Source of the DNA: Lama glama
Lineage: Eukaryota
DNA length: 64,000 bases
Direction of reading: 5' to 3'
Assembly: GCA_028534125.1 (NCBI GenBank)
Contig: CM052817.1
Coordinates: 98,830,001 to 98,894,000 of the forward strand
Below the pieces are notes generated by a model that was not told the DNA's origin, made no database searches, and saw only the letters and a program-made list of their open reading frames with translations. Shown here piece by piece: positions 12,293 through 25,573 of the stretch. Position 1 is the first letter of the stretch; each line of letters starts with the position of its first letter. A program made the position numbers and the translations under genes.

Positions 12293-13821
12293 GGATGTGC
12301 TCTCTTTTTAATCCAGGTAACTTTCAGGAGAACTAAAGTGAAAATCAAGTTGATTCACCCCTTTTCCAGTTTCATTTGTTACATCATTCATCAAAGCAAA
12401 AGCAAGCAGCTCCTAGTCCTGGTAATTGTCAGCCGAGGGCAAACCAGCATGAGCTTTCCTATGGTCCACCTGCATGAATCACTTGTGTTTCTCCCCCGGC
12501 TGTTGCTGTAGGCAGGGTTGTCCCTGCTTACCCGGCATCTTGGTTATTTCCCCCTTTTTGCTGTCTGTCAGTAACCGGGGCCTCCATCTTTCTTCCTAGT
12601 CCATCTTCAGCTCTCAGCTGAAGATTGTCCTTTTGTGTTGTTGCCACGAGGTCAGTTGGTGCTGCTTGCTGCTCTGAGCACACATCCATCCCTTCACACA
12701 TGCACACAGACTTGCAGGAGATCACTTGAAGGTGCAGAAATCCGGAGTGAAGATTCGTGGAATTTTTAAAACTATACATTGTATTATTGCTGAGACATTT
12801 TTTACATAAAATTGTCCTCACCAAACAAGGTGTATCTTATTATTGTAACCCCAGCATTCAGCACTCGCAGTTCCTTGGCATGGAGGAATTGCTCAAGGAT
12901 GACTTACTGCTGCAAAAAGAGATGAAGAAGGTTAAGGGGAATGCCGATTCCTGGTCAAGACTGAAGATGAGATTACCAGTCAGATATAGAGTAGGGGTCC
13001 TTCTGTGACCCGCCCCCCTCAACCTTCCTTTTATCCTCCACCACACCTGAGGCTTGGCTACCAGCTGTGAGACCTGTTTTCGGTTTTCTTTTGATCATCT
13101 GTAAAATAAGGATGTTTGACTTTAAATGATTGCTGCAGCGCGAAGACTATGGTTCTTTAAGTTGCCCGAAAACCTGTCTGGGAAGCTGAGGAGTTGTTTC
13201 TCTCCCTCGCACTTAAAAGCTGATAAAGAATCACTGAATCTTACGTTAAATATTAGCAGCTAAAGAAATCTCTGTCCACTCATCAGCTGTTAGGACACGT
13301 GCTGAACTTCTCTGACCCCTGCCTGTGCCCAGTGACCATGCCTTGGGGACATTTCATCTCATTGCAGTGCCCCGCAATGCACGCTGTGTGTTGTCCTTGG
13401 GATGGAAACCTTCCTCTGAAAGACGGCATCTTAGTTGTGCTCCTTGCTGTACAAAATGCCCTCGTTTCGATGTCATTGTGAAGCTCTAGTCAGCATCTGT
13501 CCGCGTTTGCGTTATTTTCTCTATTCAGAGGCACTACAGACAGAGAATTACAGATAATTGCCACGCGTTAGTGCTGTGCTTTTTCCTTCCCCTTCATTGA
13601 AAACAGCTTATTAAGATCAGTTAGGAGGGATGTCTGACAGTGGCGGCTGCTCTTCATGGGCGGGAACTCTTTACCACTATTTGTCCTAGTTAGATGCTTT
13701 TGTGGCTTTGGGGGTAGATAATCTTTTTCCAGAGAAGCAGAGGATTGACAAAACCAAGCTAACCAAGCCAGGACAGCACATGCGGTAGTTGACATTCACA
13801 TCTTTCTGCTTCCTAGGACAC

Positions 13822-14336
13822 CGTTTTGGCAGATTTTTATTTTTGTGGGGGTGCTATCCATGTGGGCACAATGTGGTGGCCAGTCAGTGACATGGTGGTG
13901 TGCAAGTTACTAAAACAATTTACTAGAGATAAAGTATGAGAATAGAAAGAGTTTATTAGGGGTACCCCGCCATAGACAACAGTCGGTCACTCAGACAAGG
14001 GGTGCCTGTGGGAGCCCCGAGGGCCGGTTGTTGGGGTCTTTTATGAGGTCGGGTCCCAAGGTGCCCGATGGGCTTGTGCACAAGGCTCTGATTGGTTGCA
14101 CGTGAAGTAAGAGATTTAGGGTCTGTGAAGGGCGGTGGGGTTTATGACTCTAAGGTGGGCGGAAACAGGCCAGCCTGAGCTATGGTGAGATTAGGCACTA
14201 CCTGGGGCTGTTAGTTTGTTAGGGGAGACACGCCCAGTAAAGAATGTACTTTATGTGTGAGGGATCACAGGCAGACATCTGAGAGCCCAGGAGTGGGGGC
14301 TGTTGGACTTTGAAGGACTTGAGTTGTCCCAAAACA
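13822..14336 (-). mobile_element. Probable ERV solo LTR, antisense to DCLK2
   Basis: Ends are cGTTTTGG and CCAAAACA (imperfect inverted termini). Read on the minus strand: GC boxes, CCAAT (14091-14095), ATAAAA (14039-14044), then AATAAA (13952-13957). No clear target-site duplication and family not identified. Confidence 0.6.
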
Positions 14337-16374
14337 AGATCTGAGTTTTCCTTAGTAGGGAGTTAAGCCATTGAGTCAGAGGGAAGTAGAATCTGATACT
14401 CACTGTGTTCACAGAAGATCGTGCTCTTTAAGGGGCTGGACCGAAGCCAGGAGAGGAAGAAAAACTTTCCTTAGGTTGTGAATATTTTTTGCAAGGTGGG
14501 GGTGTTAAGAAATAGAGTGGCAATCAAGTAATTAAGGTTCTTGAAACCTAAAGCTGAAAGATGTCAGGACAACCAAGAGTTAGTTGTACCTCAGTTAACA
14601 ACTTTTTGGTTTTGCTAGGTAGTTACCTAAAACCACAGAGTGTGGAAACTGGAAGTGGTCTCAAATCTAATTTGTCTTCATTTCATAGGTGGAGAAACTG
14701 AGGTTCAGACATGCGGTGTGACTTGCTCAAGGTCCCAGTGGCCAGCTGGGATTCCTGACCCTTTCAGGGTCTCCGTCTCTAACCTCTGATGCCCCTCCCC
14801 ACCACCCATCACTGGCAGGTTTACTTCTGTGATGCAGCACAGGCACCCCTTGGAAATGCTGTGCTGTGTAGGTCTTTTGGGAGTGTTGGTGCCTGGGTTT
14901 AGATACACACAAACGATCTGAATGAAAACGGGTTGTGAGATTGGGAAAGGAGGAAGGAGGGTTAGGGAAAGGAGAAGGGGTACTGAGGTGCAGGGGAGGG
15001 TGGTGAGGGGAGGTGGAAAGATAGAGAGGAACGCCTGTTGACAGCCCTTCCTGGGAGACTTGGCAGAGGAGATTATTCGCACGTGTCTGACGGGAGTTCT
15101 TTTGAAGTGAAATGGTCACGTTGTGTGACCAGCACTTCTCCCCGACCCCTTAAATCTTTAGCGAAATGATAAAGGTCACAGTAGGTGAGGGTTATTGGTT
15201 TTCTTTGGAAGCCAGCAGTGGAACTGAGTATTGTCAAGAGTGGCACAGGTTGGAAACAGATGGTGTAGTCCAGGCCCAGCAGGTGCGTGGGTCCCCGGAC
15301 GTGAGATCACGTTACGTGGTGGGCCTGTGATGGAAGCCATGCTGTCGGTCCAGTGGCTTAACTGGGCTTTGCGAGCAGAGCCCGTGCTCGTGACCACACC
15401 TAGCCCCAGGGACAGAGTGAGAGAGCAAGGCCTGTCTGTTAAACAGATGATTGGAACTGCATAGTTGGACCAGAAATTCATAAAATGAGTTGCTGGGGCC
15501 GTGGGCTTCTTCCCGGAACTTAATCCCGAGGTATGAGAAGTTGGCTTTGCTTCCATATGGATTGAGGGAATCTGGCTTTTCTAAAAGACAAGGCCACTCA
15601 CGGTGATAGTCACGTGGGGAGGAGGCATTTTTGCTGCCAGACTTGAGCTGCCTCTGTGTCGGTGACCCCAGGCTCCCCGCCCTCAGGCACACGAGGAGCC
15701 CACAGCCTTGGGGCAAGGCTGGTTCATGCCAAGTCCTACTAGGCCTGGGCCAGGAGGGTACGTGACTCCTCAGGACTCTTGTTTATTTTTTTTCTAATCT
15801 CCTTACTTACTAAAATTTTCTGTGACTGTTCCAGTTGGTCTCAGTTAAGCTAAGGGATCCCCTTAGGCCAGAGATGGCACCCCCCACCGAGTGTGCAATT
15901 TCACAGGAAGAGAGGCTCAAAGAAGGGTGTCACCCAGAGCCCCGTTGTCCCAGGTGGACACAGGACGGTGCTGTGGTTCTGCGGGTAAGCCCGGAAACCA
16001 GGGTGCCCGGGTTTCATCTGGGCTTGGCCCCTCACGAGCTGTGGGGCCTTGGGCCAGTCACATCACCTTTGTCTGTCAAAAGGGGGATGCATAGGCCCTA
16101 CTGCACAGGTCTGAGATGAACTAAGTGTAGAGAAAGAGCCCAGAATAGCTTTGTTGTTCTTTTTTTTTTTACTGTGAGTCTTGGGGTTTCCAGGTTCAGC
16201 TTTCACATGAGGGAGGTTTCACTTAGGAAAGCATGTTGACGTGCAGTTGAGTAGAAGGAAAGAGAAAGTGAGAGAAGTCAGACTCCAGGTTTAACCACCT
16301 TCTCTGCTCTTGTTCCCATTTCCCCTCCCAGCTGCACCTTCGTCTCTGCCTCCCTGCCCTGCACAGTCCAGCCC

Positions 16375-16890
16375 TATTAGTAATCTGTGGGTAATTCTAT
16401 TAGTAACAAGTTATCTCAGAATTTAGCATCTTAAAACAACAATACAAAATTATTTTCTGTCAACAATTCTTGTAGGTCAGGAATTCAGGAGCAGCTTAAC
16501 TGAGTGATCTGGCTTAAGATCTTTGATGAGGTTGTGGTTGAGATGGACACCAGGGCTGCAGTCACCAAAGGCTTGACTGAGAATGGAGGACCCCCTTCCA
16601 AGGGGGCTCACTCACTCGGTGGCAGGTTGGTACCATGGGCCGCACCCCCTCCCCCCATAAGTTGGTTTCAGTGTCCTCAGAACACAGCAGCTGGCTTTCC
16701 CCAGAGTGAGTGACTTGAAAGAGAGAGAGAGTGCAGGCAGAAGTTCCCCGTCCTGTGACCTAGCCTGGGAAGTCAGACACCGTCATTTCCATAATAGCTT
16801 AGCGATCACAAATGCCAGCGCAGTTCTGCATTGGAGGAGGCTACACAAGGGCATGACAGTCAGGAGGTGAGGCTCACGGGAACCGTTCGG
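16375..16890 (-). mobile_element. MaLR LTR (older MLT1 subfamily)
   Basis: ATTTAGCATCTTAAAACAAC...TGTAGGTCAGGAATTCAGGAGCAGCTTAACTG...GGCTGCAGTCACC...TGACCTAGCCTGGGAAGTCA resembles MLT1F-H-type LTRs. Confidence 0.75.
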
Positions 16891-19651
16891 AGGCTGGCTC
16901 CTGCACCCCTGCTCTCCGCTTTCCTCTTGCCCAAGGTTTCTTTCCTAGGCTGCCTCTGCTCTCCCTTTGGAGGACCACAAAACTCTCTCTCCCCATCAAT
17001 CTCACTGCTTTGTTCTCCTTCCGGTCCTTTTGTTCTCCAGACCCATCACTCCCTGCGCATTCCTTTCTCTCCTCTTCAGATCCTCGAATCCCACCACCAC
17101 TGACGTTTTCTTGTCTTAATCCGCATCTTCCTGATCCCACCTCTTCTCCTTGACCTCAGCCCATGATCTCCTGTTTCCTCTGCCCGAGCTCCTCCCAGTC
17201 CCTTCAGTCTAGCTGATAACTTCCCCTTTGGGGCTATTGACTGTGCTGCTTAAATCACAGTGTTTTCTTTGGGACAGATAGGCGGTAAAGAGTACTAAAT
17301 GTGTCATCAGCTGCCAGACGGATGAAGAAAGCACTTCCCTGAAATTTAATTCATCATCCATGTCCTGGTTTAAGACTTTCAAGGCTGTGGTAACTCAAGG
17401 CTTCAGAGTCAGGGGCACATCTGTGGACACTGGGGAATAAAACGCCTCGTGTTTTGATGCCGAAGCGTGTGCCCAGGGGCTGTCTACTGTGAGCATTCCT
17501 GTTGGTTGAAAGAAGAAAGGAAAAAAGTATATTTGGAACATTATCCAACATCTTGAGATTATAAACTGTCTGATGTGCTGATGTTTTATCTGATGATGTC
17601 TCCTGGGTCTGCTGGTGGTGAAAGATTTTCCAGATTTGTGAAGTGTGATGAAAGGGCTGGTAGTATCTCATCCTGATTGGCAGAGCTAAAATGTAACTCT
17701 TTGACCTTCTGAACTCAAAACTTCTTTTCAAAGCCGTGAAATGTAAATCCACGGTAGCTTCTGACCTTCAACGTTTTCGCTTTTCCCTGGAGCTTTGGTT
17801 TTTCTTGGGTATTTAAAACTAGTTAATGGTCTTCAGTACTTTTATACCCTCTTTATTACCCCAGGAATGTGGGGTGGTGACTTCATCTCTGAGCGTAATT
17901 GATTTTGTTGACAAAAGCAAAAGAAAAAGCAGGACCAAGCCGTTCTGAAGACCTCCGTGCCCTAGCAAAATAAATCATCACAATGAACTTCAGACTCTGT
18001 TTGAGGTCAGTGATTTGTACATTGTAGTTGCTCAGTAAATGGAGGCATTTGGTGGGTAAATGGCTCAGTTGGGCAGAAACCCACTTTGTGGGGATGGAAG
18101 GAGCATTTGCCAAGCAAATCAGCATATAAGTAGGTCAATTGTAAAAACTTCATTTAAATGTAAGCAGCATGTTTGTTCATCTTCAACACCCCCTTATTTG
18201 TGAAAGTGAGTCATTAGAAATTCTCCTCCGCACATTAGATAACTGGGTGGTGTTAAGACTTAGGGGTTGTGGCCGTGAGCTGACCTGGGCCAGAGCCGGA
18301 TGTGGGTAGCTCTGTAGTTGGGGCTGGGGAGACGGGCACCTGTCCCACCTTCCAGGCATTCTGGAAATCAGTGATAACCTCACACCGAAAGCCTGCAGGC
18401 ATGTTTAGCAGGTGGGCATGGCCATGCCACCTGCTGCTCACAATCCAGTAAGCCAGTGCTTTGCTTAAAAGGCTCACTCCTAGGGTTGGGATGAGACTCT
18501 GCTGGTGTTGGCGGGCTGTGTAGTCAGGGGAGGGGGCAGTGATACTCAGGGGAAGGCACAGGTCCGCAGCTTCCACACAGCCCTGTTCATAGGCGGGAGC
18601 TGGCTGCTGTCTCCACCCGGGCACAAGAACAGGTGGTGGGTTCTGTTTACCACTGTTCACCTCTGCTAACCAGTCACACGTCTCATGTACCGAGACACCT
18701 TTCAGCTTTGCTCAGTGGAAACAAATCTAAGATATGGCTGCAGATGAGACTACTTTGTGTGCTACCAACCCCTAGGTGCTGATTCAGATTAATTGTTCTC
18801 ATATCTCATTATTAAAACTGAAGTATTTCAGAGTCTGCTGTCACAAATCCAGTATAAAAGTGTTAAAGCTTCTGTTTTTAAATGGTTGCCTAATTTACAC
18901 TGACTTTCCTTCCAGTCAATGGAATTGATGTTTCTGATACTTAAAAAAAAAGCCATAAAAATGATAATGGAAGCAAATCTATTTACAAGTAATGTCTAGT
19001 ATACTGATTTAAAAAATTCTTTGGTACGTTTCAAGGGGTGTCTTATTAAAGGAAAATTTTTCTTAAGATTTCTATGTGAGGAAAGGCTGTGAATTTACCA
19101 GCTTATATATTGTTTGACTAAATTATAGGAATGTGACTGTACTTATGTAATCTGAAAGCATGTCCTAAATATACCACAGTGAATATTTTAATCAGTAAAT
19201 CTGGTGTAGGGTGGCACCCCTGAGTTACTTTAATAGCCTTGCAAGACTTCTTTCCCTGAGCTCTTAGAGGAGGTCATAGTGTGAGACTAGCCAAATAGCC
19301 CCTGGGCTCTGTAGTCAGACTTGGATTTAGATTTTTGAATCCACGTCTGCTGTGGTGTTTGGGCAAGTTATATAACCCCTCTGAGCTTTTGGTTTCTTCA
19401 CAGACCAACAGAGATGGTGATAATATATCTAATTTATGAAAGTACTCATTTTAGGACGTGGCATAAAATAGGCATTCAATAAACTGTAATGAGTGTCTTC
19501 TTTCCTTTTCTCACAAAGAGAACATTGTTCTTGGGCTGTAGGTGACTCTCAATGTTTATAGACTGTCGGATGAGTGACGGAGAGAACTTAAATAAGATAA
19601 CTGAACGATTAATTACAGTTACTGCCAGAAACTTCCTCCACAGAGGTTTTC

Positions 19652-20013
19652 TTTTTTTTCTTTTGTTGTATATGTAGTTTTCTTTATATATATATATTAT
19701 ATATATATATTTAATTGCAGTATAGTCAGTTTACAGTGTGTCATTTTTCTGGTGTACAGCACAATGCTTCAGTCATACATGAACATACATATATTCGTTT
19801 TCATAGTCTTTTTCACTGTAAGTTACTACAAGATATTGAATATAGTTCCCTGTGCTATACATTATAAACTTGTTAATCTATTTGATACATAGTAGTTAGT
19901 ATCTGCAAATCTCGAACTCCCAATTTATCCCTTCCCACCTCCTTCCCCCACTGGTAACCATAAGTTTGTTTTCTTTGTGAATCTGTTTCTGTTTCGTAAA
20001 TAAGTTCGTTTGT
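19652..20013 (-). mobile_element. 5'-truncated L1 with T-rich/(TA)n tail and perfect 11-bp target-site duplication
   Basis: Same L1 3' end family as 9046 and 12028. CAGAGGTTTTC occurs at 19641-19651 and at 20014-20024. Confidence 0.88.
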
Positions 20014-20182
20014 CAGAGGTTTTCAACCTAAGCTACACATTAGATCTGTGGAGCTTTAACAAATGCTGATGCCTGGGCTCTGCATCCAAGGACTCTTTAA
20101 TAGGTAGCGCAGCCTGGCAATAGAATTTTTCAGATCTTCCCAGTTGATTCTAATGTACAGCCAGAGCAGAGGACGTCTGCTT
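20014..20182. mobile_element. MER5A-like hAT DNA transposon relic
   Basis: CAGAGGTTTTCAACCT...CACATTAGATC..TGGAGCTTT...TGCTGATGCCTGGGC...CCCAGTTGATTCTAATGTACAGCCAG. Confidence 0.7.
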
Positions 20183-20273
20183 TGTAACAACCATACACTG
20201 GGGTTTACTCTGCTCTAGGGTTTCAAAGTGCAAGAGGTTGGAGAAAAAACTTCCCTACGAAAGTTCTTGTAGA

Positions 20274-20495
20274 CCAGAGGTTTATTTGCTTGTGCCCAAA
20301 TTTGGCCCATTGCCTGCTTTTCTAAATAAAGTTTTATTAGAACACAGCCATGCTCATTTGTTTCCGTTTGGCCTCTGGCTGCTTTCAAGGTACAGCAGCA
20401 GAGCTGAGTGGTTGTGACGGAGACCAGATGACCCACAAACACTAAACTGCTACTCTCTGCCCCTTTACAGAAAATGTCTCTGACCTCTGCAGTAG
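20274..20495. mobile_element. MER58-like hAT DNA transposon relic
   Basis: CCAAATTTGGCCCATTGCCTGC...AAATAAAGTTTTATTAGAACACAGCCATGCTCATTTGTTT...CCCTTTACAGAAAA. Confidence 0.8.
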
Positions 20496-23400
20496 GCCAC
20501 TTAAAAATGGAGTGCTGTTTTTCCAAGATGCTTTGAGAAAGTCAACTCACCCCACAAGTATATCTACTGGATTCTGTTCAAGTGCTTCCTTTTATGAAAA
20601 ACCAGAATGAAGTATGTCCAGCATTATACTCGAGAGTAACATGAGATAATGCATCGATGGAACCAGTTTTGCTATTTTTTTTTTGAGAATTGCCTATTTC
20701 TGAATAAAACTTTGTATTTTTAGTACCACACTTAACACTTCTCTTTAAATTTCAAGTTCTGTAGAAATAGTTAACAATCCACTTATCAAAGAAATTTAAT
20801 GTAGGACACTCTGACTTTATTTCCTTGCTAAAAAAAAAGGAAATCTGGCATGTTACTGATGATCAGATGTGCTCAGTCAGCCACGAATGCCCTCTTCAAT
20901 GATGCTAGCAGTTGAGGGCACTTTATAGCTTTTTCTGCTGTATTTTCAAGTCTTTTTAAAAAAGTTCTTAGAAGCAGATTCCTGTGCATTTTCCTTCCTT
21001 GCTTACTCGTTAAAGTGAAACTGCTGCTGCCAGAGAGCAGGTGGGTGAGGCGGCGGTGCAGGCACAGAATGTGCTTGGCAGAATCTTCAGTCTTTTCCAT
21101 CACCCATCAGGACCTCATCAGGAAATATGTCCCCTCCTCTCCCTACTCCTAAACATAATTGCGCCTTTTGGAACCAGTTAGCAATTATGGAAGATGTCTT
21201 GAAGGAGCCCAGGTGCTGCCATCCGTGTGCACTTCACTGAGGAGCGTCTGGCTAACATGTGGCATCGGGCCCTGTCTCCATGCTGTCTCAGCATCCTGGC
21301 TGCTGACAGAAGCACAAACACTCGTTGGCATTTTAAGAGATTTTAATACAAAACTTTAGTTTGACAACGAAAGTGGCACGGGTTTCATCAGGGATGCCAT
21401 ATTTTAACCTCTCCTCGCTTCAATAAGACACTAATTCTCTTACAGGGAGCAGGGCAATCCATAAATTCTACCTGGTGAATGGTGAGGATTTTGCAGTCGT
21501 AGCTTCCGCCGCGTGTTTCCCTTGTTCTTTTTCTGCATGTCTCTTGGGGCACCCAGGGTACTTTGCTTTATATTTGACAATCTTAATGTTCGCCAGGGAT
21601 CTGTGCAGAGCTCTTGGTGAATGCCCAGCTTTCCGTGGATCCTCGGAGCACCAGGCTTCATTGCCAGGAGGTCACGTGAACTTAATCGCTAGATGTGTGA
21701 TTCACTGAGCCAAGCGCATGTCTGTGCCTTAGCAAAGTGGTCCCTCTCACCAGCTTCTTGGTCATTTGTAACCACCAGAACCTTGGAAACCGTATCGTGA
21801 GATGCCGAGGTTTCTTGGAAGGGTTTTAAGAGTACACACATGCCGCTTCATAAGACTGTAAACTTCCAGGCAGCAGTGGATCTTTGTATCCTTTAAAAAT
21901 CCAGCACAGATTATTGCTAAGAGAGGAAAAGAAAACTGTCCCTGTGTCTAATCACGTCCCGTCTCTTGAGCTGTGTTTATTGTGATTCCCTGATCTTTTC
22001 ATGTTTTCATTTTCTTCGTGAAAGCTTTTTTTAAAATAAAGAAACATATTTGGATAGGTCACCAGATATGTCACTCCTTTACTCTGTGTGTATATATATG
22101 TTCTTAAATGCTTGGGGTTTAAAGCTTAAATCATTCCATTTGAGAGTATAGAAAAACGCTCTTCTTGGCCGTTATTATTTGCTAAGAAAGCTGCGTTTCT
22201 TGATGATTTAGCGATGCCTTCGTCAGGTACAAGTGAAAGTAGCCTTTGACTCGGGCCTGCGCCTGCACCCTCTCCACGAGGCCGCCTCTGAGGCCAAGGC
22301 TCTAATCCATTCGCCGTTCTCTTTCAGTCATTAGAGAGCCAGCCCCCACCACCTGCTCTGTCTCCTGCTCTCTTTCCTGGCTCCTCGCCAACTCTGAATC
22401 CCAAAACAAACCAGATTTGTAATTGCTGGACTGTACAGGGACTCAGGATAGGTGGGAGTGGGGGGTTTAATCAAAAGAAACACCAGGAGAGTTACAATGG
22501 TTGACAGGAACTCAAACACTCCAAGGAGTCACCCATCTGTGTGAAAATGGACAAGGAGGTAAAAATGCCTGCACTTGGCCCTTCCAAGGCTTCCTTCTTA
22601 GAGAGCCCTCGAGTCAGAACACATCAGCTAACTGACTTACCCTAGTTAGCTCAAGAAAGAGACCTGTTAGAGAAATGTTACCTGCTTCCAGGAGAGCAGA
22701 GCAAGCACGTGGGTGTTGGCGGTGGGGACAAAGGCAGGTCCCCGGACCTCAGCAGTGGCTGTGGGGTGTGCACACCGCACACTTCCTGGGCTCTGAGTGG
22801 CAGGAAGGAAGATGGTTCCCGCCCACTGCCCAGGCGGAACCCAGCCAGCAGTGTCCCAGGGTGGGGGGCTGCCCTGTGCTGGGCTGTGGATTTAGACGTG
22901 TAGGTAAGCTGTTCACCGGCCACTGTTGCTCCCAGGCATTGACCACCCCCTCTCCCATCCCCTCCCATCCCTGTAAGCTATGATTTTTCCATTCATCTTT
23001 TCAAATATAATTTCCCCCCAAAATACATTCTTCTTTATTCCATTAAGAATTTGGTTGATATGCATGTACTTTGGATCTTTTACTCCCTTGGGTGACAGTT
23101 TTCAATCTAGGAAGGGTGGGATTAGAAGAGGAACAGACTTGGGATGAATTATTGAGCAAAAGATGTCGTAAAGCCATTGTGCATTCAGAAATTCAAAAGC
23201 ATTTCTCAGCTGCTTCTTTCAAGGCCCTATGCTAGATGTTTTAAGGAAAGATAGGAATAATTAATATTGTGTTAGTGTTACGTGTCAGTGACTGTGCTGA
23301 ATGATTGTACATGCATGAGCTAATTTTAATTCTCTAGAAATCTTTGAGCTAGGTGCTGCTACTGTCCCTCTATTCAGAGCAGAAAATTAAGACTTGGAAA

Positions 23401-25497
23401 GTTTTAGCAACGTTAAAAAAAAAAAAGATTATTGGAGTTAGTTTAAGTATAAAATAGGTGAAAAAAAATGGTGACAAACAAATTGGGCAGGTGAGTAGGA
23501 GGATAGACCATGGCCTGGCTGCCCTGCTGGAGGCCGTGGGGTTATTCTGCCAGTAACCAAGATGCAGTGAGGTTTTGGGATCCTAGGGGTGATGCCGGAA
23601 CTTGTCGTTTGGAAATGTTTCTCTGGCAATAATCATAGAATGGGAGAGACTATAGGTAACTAAGGAGCCTCGGGTGGGGGTGCACACTGAGGAGGACCCA
23701 GACGAACGGAGCAGAGAATGTCGTGGTTTTCTTTTCACCTTCCCTTCGTGTCCCCTCTCTGGGCCGCAGTTTTGAAAGCCTTGCTTTTAAAAACATTCTA
23801 GCATAAATTCCTGCTTGTTTCGAAGTTGCCTTCAATTTCAGTGGCAAAAAATGAGAGAGAACAAAACCAGCAAAAAAGCTAAATTTTGAAAACCTTTGAT
23901 TGGCCACTTTGTAGCATGAGGAAACTGATCGAACCCTGAGGGGCCGGCTGAGCACCGGCGTTTTCATCAGGCTAAGCGTGGCTAGAAAGGGGTGCACACG
24001 CACACCCACATTCCTGCACAACTACACACGCGTCAGAGTGCAGGAGACAGACACTTACAAGAGGTGTGTTTGCCACTCAGGACAGCGGCTTATAGGTGGG
24101 TCTCAGTGCTGCTTTTCCACAGCCCCGGGTTTCCTAACAGGACATGTTGCTGCTGCTTTTACTGTCCACACAGGTGTGGTTACATGGGATCTGAGAAAAC
24201 GCCCTAATTTTTACATGCCTTTTCTTCTTGAGACTGATATTTTACCCCAGAACAGCTTCTGGATGATCCTGTTGGAAGGAATTTTTGTTAAGGATTGGGC
24301 TCTCCTGGATTGTACCAAACTCAGCACCTGTGAGGTTCTCTGCTTTACCCAGTGGAAGGGAGTGGACTCAGTGTCTCCAACTTGTGGGCCCTGTGGGAAG
24401 GGTGGGTCCCTGCCCTGGAGAGGCTGTGTCCTTGATGCTTTCATTGAGCAAGTCTGAATTAGGAACTTGTGCACCAGGCTCCATGCTACACTCAGGGATG
24501 CAGGGATGAGCAAGGCACAGCCACTGTGAGGCAGAAGCTACCAGGATAGCTCGGGCAGAGAGGTGAGTGTGAAGTCGCACTCACACACAGAAATGTCAAA
24601 GATGCGTCTCAGTGTTCAGTAAGTCCTTTGACCTTGTAAACTCCTGAAAGGAATAGTTTAAAAAAAAATGAAGAAGGAAAATTAAAGATGAAAGGGAAAA
24701 GATTGAGTTTGAAAGTGTAATAGCCCTTGGAAATGAAGAAAAGATTTCATAAGCCTACAGAATAATAAATAAAATAGAATAAATAAAAATAAATGTATGA
24801 ACAATGTTCATAATGTGAGTTTTTCAGTTCACCTAAGAAGTAGAGGTATTTCTGTTAGACTGGGAACTTCAGCTTTTTGTTAAGCTGAAACCTACCTCTT
24901 AGTTTATCTTTTATTTCCCTCTGGTTCCTAGTAAAAAGAAAAATTCCTTATGATGCTCAAGAGTCATTCCCACTCTCTTGGTGGGTAGAGAAGTTGGTTG
25001 AGCCAGGGCTGCTCTCTGGATCCTGAATCCACAGGAGAGTGTGCAGGTGATGCAGTCCTGGACATGGGGCTGGGAGGAGCTCGCCCTCAGCAGGGACCCC
25101 AGTGCTCAGCACAGGGGAGGCTGCTGGATCTGGGGGCTCAGCGCTGACATTCTTGGAAATCCCTACAGTCCTAACCTTACTGTGCCGCCAGTAACTACTT
25201 TGTGCATCGATTGTGCCGTGGGTCTCCTTTATTGAGATCAAAAGTAACACAGCATCAAGGAAGAGTAACACTCTGTCAGTTCTGCTACTAATACTAATGG
25301 AAAACACTGTGTCTAAGGAAGAACTGTATTGACGGGGTTGTATGTGGGAGAGAGGTGAGCGGAGAAGCAAGGGGGCGCTCCTCTGTGTCTGTGTCATTAT
25401 ATTTGTACAGTCGGACAGCACTTTCTCTCCTCTAAGGATTAACCAGCTAGAGGTGTGTAAGCGTATCCTGATAAGTAATGTGCACTCTCTTCTACAG

Positions 25498-25573
25498 CAG
25501 ACGTCTGCACATGGCAGATCTTCTTCCAATGTAAACGGCGGACCTGAACTTGATCGTTGCATGAGTCCTGAAG
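25498..25573 (+). CDS. DCLK2: DCLK2 coding exon (about exon 6) with NAGNAG acceptor (alternative start 25501)
   Basis: ctacag|CAG|ACG...CCTGAAG|gtagtt, 76 or 73 nt, phase 0-1. Encodes (Q)TSAHGRSSSNVNGGPELDRCMSPE. Confidence 0.95.

Noticed and set aside
25360..25382. CTCF-like AGGGGGCGCT upstream of the exon at 25498
   Set aside because: Only the 3' half of the motif matches and the CCASY half is missing.
10545..25497. Possible DCX/DCL-like alternative terminal exon (DLYxPLS-type) after the SPGSFRGLK exon
   Set aside because: I looked by eye and found no such peptide. Acceptor-like sites near 12709-12717 give unrelated short peptides. A tBLASTn search or RNA-seq would settle it.
24957..25562. 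201-aa minus-strand ORF
   Set aside because: Intronic and antisense to a DCLK2 exon, with no recognisable domain or supporting gene structure.
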